DNA from: a virus
Lineage: Duplodnaviria > Heunggongvirae > Uroviricota > Caudoviricetes
Reading direction: 5' to 3' (one strand)
IMG/VR virus record: IMGVR_UViG_2645727743_000020
Coordinates: 1 to 37,319 of that record
Length of the DNA: 37,319 bases
Positions 18,741 through 29,036 of the stretch are shown here, piece after piece. Each line of letters starts with the position of its first letter. The first letter of the stretch is position 1. Position numbers and translations under genes: made by a program. The notes beneath the pieces are model-generated. The model saw only the letters and a list, made by a program, of their open reading frames with translations, was not told where the DNA came from and searched no databases.

Positions 18741-18947
18741 CTATTCCCCCCACAACTGAATCATTTCTCGTTTCTTCTTCTCCGGCTCCGGCATCTCCAC
18801 TTCCTGCCCGGCGTCCAGAAATACCTGCTGACAGAGCCCGGGGTTGGCATCCAGCACCTTTTCGGTGACGCCCTGCGTCGTGCCGTAGTACCGGAAACAG
18901 AGCGAATCCACGGTGTCGCCTTCCAGTGCCTTCACCTTCATCAGCAC
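18741..18947 (-). CDS. X: Tail protein X
   Basis: 68 aa (P2 X 67 aa), between L and Y. Confidence 0.8.
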   Translation of the reverse strand: MLMKVKALEGDTVDSLCFRYYGTTQGVTEKVLDANPGLCQQVFLDAGQEVEMPEPEKKKREMIQLWGE

Positions 18948-19444
18948 AACTCCGCAAAGATTCGCGGGCGGCGCAGAATGTCAGAGATGGCCCAGCTCAC
19001 ATCGCGCCACAAATCCGATGTCTGTATATCCAGTGCGTCCGCCCGGCGGTCGCCCTTGTCCGTTGTGTCCGCATCGCGGTAACGCTCCAGAATCAGGGCG
19101 CGTGTGGCGGTATAAACAGCATTGCGCCAGTGCCAGAGATTGACGCTTTCTCCGTTAATTACGGGGGCCGGAACATCGGCCAGCGTCTGATGGCCAGCCG
19201 CCTGCTGTTCCTGCTGCCATGCTTCCAGCTCGCGGGTAACGTGTGCCACGGCCCCAGTGGCGGTATGCAGCAGGCGGGAGGTGGTCACACGGCCCGGCAG
19301 TCGTACCGCCAGACGCAGCTCACGCAGCACAATATCCGGCCAGAATGCACCCGCTGAAATACGGGTATCACCATCATCGGTATCGGTGATGTCGTCCTCT
19401 GCGGGTCCGGGGTTGGTTCTGGCAACCATACTCATTGGGTTCAC
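18941..19444 (-). CDS. L: Head completion protein L
   Basis: 167 aa (P2 L about 169 aa). Confidence 0.85.
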   Translation of the reverse strand: MNPMSMVARTNPGPAEDDITDTDDGDTRISAGAFWPDIVLRELRLAVRLPGRVTTSRLLHTATGAVAHVTRELEAWQQEQQAAGHQTLADVPAPVINGESVNLWHWRNAVYTATRALILERYRDADTTDKGDRRADALDIQTSDLWRDVSWAISDILRRPRIFAELC

Positions 19445-19536
19445 TCCTGAAAAAATCGGGCGGTGGGTGCGCGGTGTAAACGGTCACGGAGTCAAACCGG
19501 AACACCGCGCACGCCGCCCGCTGACGGGGTCAGTCG

Positions 19537-20337
19537 TTAACCGCGCTTCGCCTTCTGCGTCGCGGTGGTTTTTCGTGTTGCAGGCTTCCGCGTTGTCTTT
19601 TTACTTTTGCTGCTTTCGTCCTGCGCCTGCGGTGTGCTGGCGTCTTCTGGTTCGGCTGCGGAATCGGCTTTTTTCAGGGCGCGGGAAAGGGTTGCAATCT
19701 CGCGTTTCACACCTGCGTTCGGGTTCAGGTGCATCGCTTCGCGCAGCAGCTTCAGTGATGAGGCCATGCTGTCCGCATCGCTCAGGCCACGGCGGGCAAA
19801 GGCGCACGCCTTGCATAATTTGGCGCGCACTTCGTCCGGCATATCCTGGTTGGCGACAATTTCCCAAAGTGTGTCCAGTGGTTCGATAAAGGCGGACAAA
19901 TCCGCGTCGGCATCCGTCCCGGCCTGCGTCAGTACCGGGTTGCAGATTTCTTCGGTCAGTACCGTGGCAGCAGTACGGCCAAAGTTATCCGGCATGATGA
20001 GGTTGTGACGGACCACATACGCACCAATACGCAATGCCAGCGGAAGATCGCCGCAGTCAATCGCCCACACCATCAGCGTGGCAATCACCTCATCCTGCTG
20101 CCCGCCGTCAGCCTCCAGCGTTCCTTCAATCCAGCCGGAAAAGTCCGGTAACAACTCTTTTTTGATGGCGGCTTTGGCGCTTCTGGCCTGTACGCCCTTA
20201 AGTCGGGCCTGTGCCAGACGCAGACGATACAGCACCTCTTCATGCGCGGTACGTGCGGCGTGATCCACGCCTTCATTCGCCCGGCCTGCGCGCTGCGCCA
20301 TCACGTTCTGCCAGTGTTGCTGTGCAGGGGTAATCAT
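19537..20337 (-). CDS. M: Terminase small (endonuclease) subunit M
   Basis: 266 aa, after the capsid gene, basic C-terminal tail. Confidence 0.85.
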   Translation of the reverse strand: MITPAQQHWQNVMAQRAGRANEGVDHAARTAHEEVLYRLRLAQARLKGVQARSAKAAIKKELLPDFSGWIEGTLEADGGQQDEVIATLMVWAIDCGDLPLALRIGAYVVRHNLIMPDNFGRTAATVLTEEICNPVLTQAGTDADADLSAFIEPLDTLWEIVANQDMPDEVRAKLCKACAFARRGLSDADSMASSLKLLREAMHLNPNAGVKREIATLSRALKKADSAAEPEDASTPQAQDESSKSKKTTRKPATRKTTATQKAKRG

Positions 20338-20382
20338 TCTTTCTCTCCGTTACAGGCGGGCATGATGCCCGCCGTGAGTTGA

Positions 20383-21435
20383 TTAGCTGTCGGCGAACTT
20401 CAGGCCTGTGACCATCGCGCACTTGCCATAGTCTTCAACGACATAAGCGTCATTGATGGACTGGTAGGTGGCGATGCGGTTGTATTCCGGCTCGTCTTTC
20501 ATCAGGCGACGCATTGAGCCTCTCTGCCAGTAAATTGACAGGTTGTTGAATGAGGTGATCAGCATCGTTGCATCCGGGAAGAACGGCGCAAGGAATACAT
20601 CCAGCCCACCAATGGTGCGCGATGACAGGATGAGCTGTCCGGCGAGTAATTCCGCATTGGGATTCTGGCCGCTGATGCTGTTCAGAACGGGCAGACGCAG
20701 CGAGTTAAACAGGTTGCGCCCCATAATCACCACGAGGTCGTCTGCTTCCTTGTGCCATTCATCCAACAGGGATGAGCGCGCGTCCTGTACCAGTGCATCA
20801 GCGTTCGCATACTTACCCGCGTGCGCCACGGTGTTGTCCATGTTGCGGGAAGTCAGCGTCACGTCATTCATTACGCGTTCACTGGCATCGGTTCTGATGT
20901 GCTCCAGCCAGCCCACGTTAACGTCCTGAAGCAGCTTGTTGGTGCTGAAATTGGATTTTTCCGCGTGTGATGTGCCGTTAAAGCCGATCATGATGCGGTC
21001 AAGCGCCACCTGCCGGGCAATCTGTGTGCTGATGCGCGACTGAAAATCGCTGTGAGCCGCCCAGGCATCAAGCTTCGGATACGAAATAAACGTGTCGTAG
21101 TTCACCTGTTCACACTGGTACTGACGAGCCTTCATATCGACAGCGTTAATCGGATTACGGCGATCTGTGCCGTCATAACTGGTATTCGTGCGCGCAATCG
21201 GCCCGGTGGTGTCCAGGAGAACTTTTTCGCCTTTCTGGTCAGTTACACCGATTACGTTAATTCTTTTCGTAAATTCGGTACTTTCCTTTGAAGCGTTTTC
21301 AAAACGCTGTTGTACCGATGGATTGACGGTAAATCGCGATACCAGCGCAGAAACCGGGATATTGTTAAGCGACGCCTGCTGCGTCATGTAGCAGCCCAGC
21401 TTGTTACGGGCATTATCTGACATCACCAGATTCAT
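20383..21435 (-). CDS. N: Major capsid protein N
   Basis: 350 aa (P2 N about 357 aa); AGGAG SD upstream of ATG 21435. Confidence 0.9.
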   Translation of the reverse strand: MNLVMSDNARNKLGCYMTQQASLNNIPVSALVSRFTVNPSVQQRFENASKESTEFTKRINVIGVTDQKGEKVLLDTTGPIARTNTSYDGTDRRNPINAVDMKARQYQCEQVNYDTFISYPKLDAWAAHSDFQSRISTQIARQVALDRIMIGFNGTSHAEKSNFSTNKLLQDVNVGWLEHIRTDASERVMNDVTLTSRNMDNTVAHAGKYANADALVQDARSSLLDEWHKEADDLVVIMGRNLFNSLRLPVLNSISGQNPNAELLAGQLILSSRTIGGLDVFLAPFFPDATMLITSFNNLSIYWQRGSMRRLMKDEPEYNRIATYQSINDAYVVEDYGKCAMVTGLKFADS

Positions 21436-21458
21436 AAAAAATTTGCTCCTTTGTCTTA

Positions 21459-22295
21459 TCAGAAGTCAGCCAGCTGGTCGGAGGCTGCGCCCGTTGCGGT
21501 GAACCGGTTCTGCGGATCTCCGTCCTGCGTGCGCAGTTTTTCCTTCAGTGCTGTCAGCTCTGTGGTCAGTGACGTAATTTTCTGGCGGTCCTGCTGATGG
21601 CGGGTTTCCAGCACATTAAAACGGTCGATAATGTCGGCCTGTGACGTTGCGACGCCTTCCACCGCTTCCTGAATACGGGAAAAACTGGCGTCATCCGCTT
21701 TGCGGCCACGGCCAATAATCCCCATTACGCGGTTAAACCACTGGGTGCCTTCTTCCTGGCGTTGTTCTGCCATTTCGATGATTTCAGACTCGATGGCTTC
21801 GGAGATAAGCGGCGCTTCACCCTGGACACTGTTGAACGTCATTACCGCCTGACGTTGCTGTGCCGTGAATTTCAGGCGCTCAGTGCCCAGGCTTGCCGGG
21901 GTGTCGGTCATCGCCAGCCCGACCAGATAGGCGCGCCCGTTAACGGAGAACTGCGGGTGCAGTTCGATACTGGAATAGATTTTCTTGCCGTCCGCGACAA
22001 GCTGCTTCATGCGCTCGGTCGGTTCGATTTCTGCATACAGCGCAGTACGTCCGGCCAGCGGACCTTCCGTAATGTCTTCCGTACTCAGTGCGGTGACATC
22101 GCCCATTGCGGAAAATTCGCTTGACGGGCATGGCGAGAGATAGTGCTCAACGTTCACGCGGGCAGCGTAAACATCCGGGTTGAAGTTCTCGGCGGCTTCA
22201 CGCAGATGCACCGGACTGATTTCACGGCCATCAACAGTTGATCCGGAGACAGCCACGCGAAACTTTTTGCGGGATGTCTTTTTTTCATTAGCCAT
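21459..22295 (-). CDS. O: Capsid scaffold protein O
   Basis: Start at ATG 22295 (MANEKKTSRKKFRVAVSG) with GAGGGG SD; about 278 aa (P2 O about 284 aa). Confidence 0.85.
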   Translation of the reverse strand: MANEKKTSRKKFRVAVSGSTVDGREISPVHLREAAENFNPDVYAARVNVEHYLSPCPSSEFSAMGDVTALSTEDITEGPLAGRTALYAEIEPTERMKQLVADGKKIYSSIELHPQFSVNGRAYLVGLAMTDTPASLGTERLKFTAQQRQAVMTFNSVQGEAPLISEAIESEIIEMAEQRQEEGTQWFNRVMGIIGRGRKADDASFSRIQEAVEGVATSQADIIDRFNVLETRHQQDRQKITSLTTELTALKEKLRTQDGDPQNRFTATGAASDQLADF

Positions 22296-22449
22296 AGTTT
22301 TTGCCCCTCTGACTGGTTCTTCAGTCATGATGGCAAAGCGTAACAGGCTGATACAAAGGGCTTTTGTTGTAAGAAAACGGCCAGAACAGGGGGTTAAGGA
22401 GAACGGTTTCGCGCGCGGGTAATCTTCCTGTAATTACTCAGGGGGAGCA

Positions 22450-24201
22450 ATGATTCAGGACGCTTTTGTGCGCCAGCGTGCGCGGCAACTTTACTGGCAG
22501 GGTTATCCGCCCGCAGAAATATCACGTCTGATGGGAATAAACCCGAACACGATTTATGCGTGGAAAAAACGCGACCAGTGGGATGAAACGCCACCCGTGC
22601 AGCGTGTCACGCAGTCCATCGATGCGCGCCTCATCCAGCTTACTGAAAAACAGAATAAAACAGGCGGTGACTTTAAGGAAATAGACCTGCTGACCCGGCA
22701 GCTTAAAAAGCTGCATGATGGCCAGCCGGATGTGATGGCCGCAGGAAAGAAAGGCCGGGCGAAAAAACTCAAAAATCATTTCACGCCGGAACAGATTTCC
22801 GCACTGCGGGAAAAAATCATCAGCAGGCTGGAGTGGCATCAGCGGGGCTGGTTTGACTCCCTGACCCTTTGCAGGGAAGCCGGGATACGTAACAGGATGA
22901 TCCTGAAATCCCGACAGATTGGGGCGACCTGGTATTTTGCACAGGAAGCTCTGCTGATGGCGCTGCGTGACGATGTGGCGCAACCTTACCAGCGTAACCA
23001 GATTTTTTTGTCTGCGTCGCGTCGTCAGGCGTTCCAGTTTAAAAGCATTATTCAGAAGGCCGCGGCTGAAGTTGATGTGGAGCTGAAAGGGGGCGATAAA
23101 ATCATCCTCTCCAACGGCGCAGAGCTGCATTTTCTCGGCACTTCTGCTGCGTCGGCACAGTCCTATACGGGCAATTTTTATTTTGATGAATTTTTCTGGG
23201 TCAGTCGCTTTGCTGAACTGCGCAAGGTGGCTGGCGCTATGGCAACCCTCAGCGGACTGCGGCGCACCTACTTCTCCACGCCATCCACCGAAACGCACGA
23301 GGCATACGCCTACTGGAACGGCGACCGCTGGAACGAGAAAAAGGCCTCGCATAAACGCCAGCGTTTTTCTGTGGACTGGAAAACGCTGCATAACGGGCTT
23401 ATCTGCCCTGACCGGACGTGGCGGCAAATTGTCACGCTGGAAGATGTGGTTAATCACGGCTGGAAACACACCGATATCGACGAAATTCGTGATGAAAACA
23501 CCGAAGACGAGTTCCTCAATCTCTATATGTGTGAGTTTGTCCGCGAAGGGGAATCGGCATTTAACCTGAATATCCTGATTGGCTGCGGTGTTGACGGATA
23601 CGACGACTGGAAAGACTGGAAACCTTTTGCTCCCCGCCCGATGGGGAATCGTCCGGTATGGATTGGGTATGACGCAAACGGCAGCAGTGGCAACGGCGAC
23701 AGCGGCGCTGTGTCCGTGGTGGTTCCTCCGGCTGTTCCTGGTGGCCGTTTTCGAACGGTGGAGACGAGACGCGTTCAGGGGCTGGAGTTTGAAGAACAGG
23801 CCAGAGTCATTGAAGAGTTCACGTATCGCTACAACGTGGAACACATCGGCATTGATGTGACGGGCGGGAACGGGGAGGCTGTTTATCAGATAGTGAAACG
23901 GTTTTTCCCTGCTGCTATTCCGTACACCTTCACGCTGTCATCAAAACGGTCGCTGGTACTGAAAATGCTGCAAATAATGCGTGCCGGGCGGTGGGAATAC
24001 GATCGCGCCGAACGCGAGCTGGTCGCGGCCTTTAACGCCGTGCGTAAGGTGAAAACACCGGGCGGCTTTATCACTTACGAAACGGACCGCGCGAGGGGGA
24101 TCAGCCACGGCGACCTTGCGTGGGCAACCATGCTTGCTGTCATTAACGAACCGATTGGCGGCGAAGGAGAAAACGAGCGTTTCACGGTTATGGAGTTCTG
24201 A
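22450..24201 (+). CDS. P: Terminase large (ATPase) subunit P
   Basis: 583 aa (P2 P about 590 aa); divergent from O; stop overlaps Q start. Confidence 0.9.
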   Translation: MIQDAFVRQRARQLYWQGYPPAEISRLMGINPNTIYAWKKRDQWDETPPVQRVTQSIDARLIQLTEKQNKTGGDFKEIDLLTRQLKKLHDGQPDVMAAGKKGRAKKLKNHFTPEQISALREKIISRLEWHQRGWFDSLTLCREAGIRNRMILKSRQIGATWYFAQEALLMALRDDVAQPYQRNQIFLSASRRQAFQFKSIIQKAAAEVDVELKGGDKIILSNGAELHFLGTSAASAQSYTGNFYFDEFFWVSRFAELRKVAGAMATLSGLRRTYFSTPSTETHEAYAYWNGDRWNEKKASHKRQRFSVDWKTLHNGLICPDRTWRQIVTLEDVVNHGWKHTDIDEIRDENTEDEFLNLYMCEFVREGESAFNLNILIGCGVDGYDDWKDWKPFAPRPMGNRPVWIGYDANGSSGNGDSGAVSVVVPPAVPGGRFRTVETRRVQGLEFEEQARVIEEFTYRYNVEHIGIDVTGGNGEAVYQIVKRFFPAAIPYTFTLSSKRSLVLKMLQIMRAGRWEYDRAERELVAAFNAVRKVKTPGGFITYETDRARGISHGDLAWATMLAVINEPIGGEGENERFTVMEF

Positions 24202-25247
24202 TGAGCAGAAAAAATAAAAAAGTGCGCATGAGTTCACGCATTGATCTCGCTGATGCGCTCAGGAAAGAATCGTCGCTCAGTGCATTCACATTTGATGGTC
24301 CTTATCGCCTGACCGGGCATGACCTGCTGGACAATATGTACTGTGCTGATAACGGGCGGTGGTATGAAACCCCGGTGGACTGGTACGGTCTGGCAAGAGC
24401 TGCCCGGCAAACGTCCTGGCATCAGTCTGCGCTTTACTTTAAGCGCAATGTATTACTCGGTTGCTACATCCCGCACCCGCTGCTTTCCCGGCAGGATTTC
24501 TCGGCGCTGGCGCTGGACTGGTTTGTGTTCGGTAACGCATTCCTTGAGCTTCGAAGCAATATGCTCGGCGAACCGCTTAAATTACGGCACGCCCTGGCAA
24601 AATACATGCGACGCGGTAGCGATCTTGAATCATGGTGGTATGTGCAGGATGGCAAGGATGCGTTCCAGTTTCGCCCTGGCAAAGTGTGCCACCTGATGAA
24701 TCCTGACATTAACCAGGAAATCTACGGCATGCCGGAATATCTCGGCGCATTACTCTCGGCCAGCCTGTCTCATTCGGCGGACATGTTCAGAAAACTGTAT
24801 TACGACAACGGATCCCACGCCGGGTGCATCATCTACATCGGTGCAGCGCAGGTAAACCGCGAAAGCATGGACTCCCTGAAAGAAACGCTACAGGGTGCAC
24901 GTGGTGGCGGTGCGTTTAAAAACGTGCTCATTCATGCGCCCAACGGGGGCAAAGAGGGGGTGCAAATTTTGCCGTTCCAGCAGATCACCGCAAAGGATGA
25001 GTTCATGAATGTTAAGGCGGCATCCCGTGATGATGTGCTGGCTGCGCACCGCGTTCCGCCGCAACTGATGGGGGCGATGCCGGGTGAAAAAAGTGCGTTT
25101 GGTGATGTGGAGAAGGCCGCGCGGGTTTACGCAATTAACGAGCTGATGCCCGTCATGGAGGCCATGAAGCACATCAATGACTGGCTTGGCGAAGAGGTGA
25201 TCCGCTTTAACCCTTACGCACTGTTAGATACCCAGCCCACATCCTGA
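24201..25247 (+). CDS. Q: Portal protein Q
   Basis: 348 aa (P2 Q about 344 aa); TGATG coupling to P; next to the cos region. Confidence 0.9.
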   Translation: MSRKNKKVRMSSRIDLADALRKESSLSAFTFDGPYRLTGHDLLDNMYCADNGRWYETPVDWYGLARAARQTSWHQSALYFKRNVLLGCYIPHPLLSRQDFSALALDWFVFGNAFLELRSNMLGEPLKLRHALAKYMRRGSDLESWWYVQDGKDAFQFRPGKVCHLMNPDINQEIYGMPEYLGALLSASLSHSADMFRKLYYDNGSHAGCIIYIGAAQVNRESMDSLKETLQGARGGGAFKNVLIHAPNGGKEGVQILPFQQITAKDEFMNVKAASRDDVLAAHRVPPQLMGAMPGEKSAFGDVEKAARVYAINELMPVMEAMKHINDWLGEEVIRFNPYALLDTQPTS

Positions 25248-25272
25248 CACGCTTCGCTTGTCTGCTGCTTCG

Positions 25273-25299
25273 CCGGGGCATAAAAAATTTATGCCCCGG
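25273..25299 (+). terminator. Stem-loop 26 nt downstream of Q (possible terminator, no clean U-tract)
   Basis: CCGGGGCATAAA..TTTATGCCCCGG perfect 12-bp inverted repeat. Confidence 0.35.
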
Positions 25300-25723
25300 C
25301 TCTCCAGCTCCTGTATCAATCAGATAATTTCACGACGCTTTTCTGCTTATTGCCATCATCGGCGGTCAGACTCTTACGCAATCCCACCGCGTTGACTGCA
25401 TGTTCTTCGCCGCCTCAGTGCGATTTTGACGGCCTTACCTTTCACCCCATCAAATCAGAATCCCTCACGTATTTTTCACGCTCAGCGTGAGAAATACAGC
25501 CATTCTGTTGTGTCTCTGCGACATCGTTCAGGGAATGCTATTTACCCCCTGAAACGCGGGCTGTTCCCCCGTCACCTGCGCGCAGAAAAAGCGCGTTTTT
25601 TTGTGCACGCACGGATCCCTGACGGATCCAGCCGCCACGCGGGCCAGAAGGGCAAAAATTCGTTCAAAAAAATTGTGCAAATTTGTGCACTATCGTGCAT
25701 GTAAATTCATAAAAAAATTACAG

Positions 25724-25745
25724 AAAAAAGGCCGCTTTCGCGGCC
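25724..25745 (-). terminator. Rho-independent terminator downstream of the AAA+/S8 operon
   Basis: GGCCGC-TTTC-GCGGCC stem-loop followed on the minus strand by a six-U tract, 8 nt after the subtilase stop. Confidence 0.6.
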
Positions 25746-25752
25746 ATAAAAA

Positions 25753-27957
25753 TTACGTGTCGAGAGAAATTTGTGTGCGCAGTTGAATAGGATTCAGAAT
25801 TGTATATCGCTGGCGAATAACATTATATAAATCAAAGTCTTTTACCCTTACGCTTATTACCATCGCATATTGCATATCAGGGGCTGAAACTCCCTTAACA
25901 TGGCGCGAAGAATCTCGGGCATGATACCGTATATCAAAAACTGGATCGCTTAATAATGTATCAGCACTGAACTTTTTGCTTCTGTGCAAACAAGTTTCCC
26001 ACTTATGACCTTCACTCCTACACTCCCTTTCAGTCTTATACTGGCTTTTTTGACCAAAGAAATCATCTGTATCGGTATCGTCAAGGCCGAATCTTGGGCG
26101 GAAAGTTACCTGCATACCGGCCCTTGTATAGTTTACTGAATGTTCAGGATCTACTGGGGTTTGAATGCATAAAGTAGCGGTAAGCTCAAATGCTTCGTCA
26201 AAGGGAACATCAGGGAATGGGATCGGTGCCCTTAAATATTTATTTTTTGCTAATGAACCATAGTAAATTACTGTAGCAGTATCATTTGGACAATCGATTA
26301 AAACGTTAGGATCCTCACTAAACCGTCCCCAACCGATATGTTCACGCGAATATTTTCTTGATGTTTCAGCATGATGAACAAGCAACGCTTTCAATGCAAT
26401 GGTGTTCAATGGAGTTCCTGATAGAGCCGCAACTCCAGCGGCCGTTCTCAATGCTAATGGAGAGGCATAACTGGTTCCTTGAACTCCAACTATAGAACCA
26501 AGCAGAGGGTTGTAAGTGTAAAAAGGCTCGTCGTCGCTTCCACCAAAAATAACACCATCAGGTTTAACGAATCCGGGGCTTCTGCCTGGCCCAATACAGC
26601 TATATGGTGCCCGCCCCCATTTTTCACCGCTACGATCAGCAGCACCAATCGCTAGCGCGTTTACCATATCGGAAGGAGGTTGTATTCTCGCTGCATCACC
26701 GTCCTCATTGCCATCATTCCCAACAGCAACAGTAAGTAATATCCCATGCTTAGCACAGATTTGGTCTAAAACAGCAGTCCATACATGAACCTCATCATCA
26801 CCAATTGGAAGATGAGGACCAATACTTAGATTAGCGAACTTATAGTCACCACTATCAAGAACGGACTGTATTTTCTTAAGGACATCAAATAAATCCCAAT
26901 TGCCATTGTCACCTGATGTCGGTGAAAGAACTCTATAATGATCTACATTCATAAACGGTCTTTTAAAAGAAGGTGCATTTTCCTCGACACGTCCGAATAA
27001 GAAAGTGGATGTCACTTCATTACCGTGCTGCAATAATAATCCGCTTGTTTCTTTGGTGTCTGGATACACGTATTCCGTAACCCAATTACTCAAGTCAGCT
27101 GTCCCCAAGCCACCATCAAAAATGGCAATACGTTCGGATTCAAGAACAGCTTTAGAATTAGGGAGCTCTGGTGTAACTATATTAGATAACTTTCTGACAA
27201 TGTTCGGCTGAGTACACCTGAGAGACGGCATCGGCCGCACAACGCGGATTAATGAAAAATCGAGTGTTTTTTTCATATCTTCAGGTCGCGCGTGTGCAAC
27301 GATGAAAGTCAGCCCACCAACTTGGATTCTACTTTTGTAATCAACAGAGACATCATATTGTGCCGCATAGCTAATATAGGCTTTAACGATATCATCGTCT
27401 TCAACCCCAGCATGAAGAACCACTTCAAATTTTATCAAATCACTTTTCGCATGCTCAAAATTGCGTGCTCTCTCTTTTCCTTCAAAAAAGCTAACACTTT
27501 CAATTTCGATCAAATCCTTTTGTACGCCCTTCGGAGCTGTAGGGGAATTTAAAATTTCCTTAAATCTTATAACGGCATCATCATCACCGCTAACAAACAG
27601 TTGCGCCGTTACTAAGTCCTTATTCTGATCGCACTGACGTGCCGCTTTCCGTGGGCGAATGATTACCTGACGGCTACCGACATCCCGTAAACCTGTCGCT
27701 CTAAGCAATCCTTCCGGAAAGTAGCTTTTACCCAAAAACGCTGGGTGTAAAGTTAAATTGAATACACTCTCCCCCCTTGGCTTAGCCGCATCATCCAAAC
27801 TGCGAAAGCGTGAGAGTAAAGTATCAATCTCTGGGTTTAAATGCTCCCTTACTTCTTCAAGAGTATAGGGATAGCGCTTACCATCCCTTCCTTTAGGCAA
27901 AGGTTCCTTTTTTGTCAGAACATGACCGTTACCTAAAAGTAAGTTCCTTTCCATCAT
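25753..27957 (-). CDS. S8-family subtilisin-like serine protease with a roughly 270-aa N-terminal domain of unknown function (IetS-like candidate)
   Basis: Catalytic triad motifs in order: IAIFDGG (Asp), HGNEVTS (His), GTSYASPLA (Ser, the GTS-x-A-x-P signature); 734 aa; start overlaps the ATPase stop by 4 nt. Confidence 0.85.
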   Translation of the reverse strand: MMERNLLLGNGHVLTKKEPLPKGRDGKRYPYTLEEVREHLNPEIDTLLSRFRSLDDAAKPRGESVFNLTLHPAFLGKSYFPEGLLRATGLRDVGSRQVIIRPRKAARQCDQNKDLVTAQLFVSGDDDAVIRFKEILNSPTAPKGVQKDLIEIESVSFFEGKERARNFEHAKSDLIKFEVVLHAGVEDDDIVKAYISYAAQYDVSVDYKSRIQVGGLTFIVAHARPEDMKKTLDFSLIRVVRPMPSLRCTQPNIVRKLSNIVTPELPNSKAVLESERIAIFDGGLGTADLSNWVTEYVYPDTKETSGLLLQHGNEVTSTFLFGRVEENAPSFKRPFMNVDHYRVLSPTSGDNGNWDLFDVLKKIQSVLDSGDYKFANLSIGPHLPIGDDEVHVWTAVLDQICAKHGILLTVAVGNDGNEDGDAARIQPPSDMVNALAIGAADRSGEKWGRAPYSCIGPGRSPGFVKPDGVIFGGSDDEPFYTYNPLLGSIVGVQGTSYASPLALRTAAGVAALSGTPLNTIALKALLVHHAETSRKYSREHIGWGRFSEDPNVLIDCPNDTATVIYYGSLAKNKYLRAPIPFPDVPFDEAFELTATLCIQTPVDPEHSVNYTRAGMQVTFRPRFGLDDTDTDDFFGQKSQYKTERECRSEGHKWETCLHRSKKFSADTLLSDPVFDIRYHARDSSRHVKGVSAPDMQYAMVISVRVKDFDLYNVIRQRYTILNPIQLRTQISLDT

Positions 27958-29036
27958 TTAATCCCCCACTTTTGTAATTTATTCGCGATTGTTGGATGTG
28001 AAACACCAACTAATTCAGCTATCTTCCTATTTGAAAAACCGTCAAAATGATATTTAATTATATTGAGATCATTATCGCTAAACTCATCCAATGAAACCCT
28101 CTCCGTAATTACGGCTTCTATTAATGAGCTTTCAAATGGAATATTTCTAAGTACCTCATTCTTTTTGGAGAAATTCAAAATACGGTTAATGATGGCAAAG
28201 GACATGCCATCTAATAATGGTGCAAGTTTTTTAGATAGTTCAGGTTCAATATTATGATTGACTAAATATCTATCTATCAGTTCTACTGATGGCATATTAA
28301 ATTTAAGGATGTGCTCAAATCGACGCCAAACAGCCGGATCTAAGATATCAGGGTGATTAGTCGCAGCAACAAGAAGCGAGGTCGCTGGCCACTCATCTAT
28401 GGTCTGTAGGAGTACAGTAACTAAACGTTTTAATTCTCCAACGTCCCTGTCATCATCACGTCTTTTTGCAACAGCATCAAATTCATCAAGCAAAAGGACA
28501 CATGGTTTCTCTTTGGCATAATCCATAACGGATTTAATATTATTACCTGTTTTTCCCAAAAGAGAACTCATTACAGATGAGAGATCCAATGTTAAAAGAG
28601 GTAAATTTAACTTTGCAGCAAGCCAATGTGCGGACATTGTTTTGCCTACGCCTGGCGGGCCAGAAAGTAAAACCGTCTTCACAGGTTCAAGACCAGCTTT
28701 GAACAAAGAAACCGCATTCTCTCTTTCGTTAACAATTGACTCCAGCTTCTTTGAGATATCCGTATTCCATACAGGTTCTTCAACAATTGCGTTGACAGAT
28801 GTTTCCTGCAAAAGGTTTCGTCTGGAGTCTCCATCCACAGGCATAGGAGCCTTACTAGATGCCCCACGTAATACTGTTCCCTCAGCAACTAACGAAGCCA
28901 GCTTAGAAGCTAAAGCCTCATCATTTTTACGGATGTTGTTAATCATCTTTCTGCATAGGAGTGTAAATGCATTTGCGTTGCCTTTGATGCCTTGCTCGAT
29001 GAGTTTGAAAAGTTCATCCTCCCTCACGTTTACCAT
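27954..29036 (-). CDS. AAA+ ATPase with C-terminal LuxR/sigma-70 region-4-like HTH (IetA-like candidate)
   Basis: Walker A GPPGVGKT, Walker B VLLLDEFD, sensor/arginine-finger ATNHPDILDPAVWRRF; C-terminal NRKIAELVGVSHPTIANKLQKWGI; ATG 29036 with GGGGG SD. Confidence 0.85.
   Translation of the reverse strand: MVNVREDELFKLIEQGIKGNANAFTLLCRKMINNIRKNDEALASKLASLVAEGTVLRGASSKAPMPVDGDSRRNLLQETSVNAIVEEPVWNTDISKKLESIVNERENAVSLFKAGLEPVKTVLLSGPPGVGKTMSAHWLAAKLNLPLLTLDLSSVMSSLLGKTGNNIKSVMDYAKEKPCVLLLDEFDAVAKRRDDDRDVGELKRLVTVLLQTIDEWPATSLLVAATNHPDILDPAVWRRFEHILKFNMPSVELIDRYLVNHNIEPELSKKLAPLLDGMSFAIINRILNFSKKNEVLRNIPFESSLIEAVITERVSLDEFSDNDLNIIKYHFDGFSNRKIAELVGVSHPTIANKLQKWGIK

Noticed and set aside
22522-23844. 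440-aa ORF on the minus strand
   Set aside because: Lies entirely antisense within terminase gene P, whose plus-strand product has clear terminase character; product is Arg/Pro-rich low complexity; typical GC-rich antisense artefact
25426-25786. Plus-strand ORFs of 92 and 61 aa in the cos region
   Set aside because: No SD, span terminator hairpins, and the region is expected to be noncoding (cos and packaging signals)
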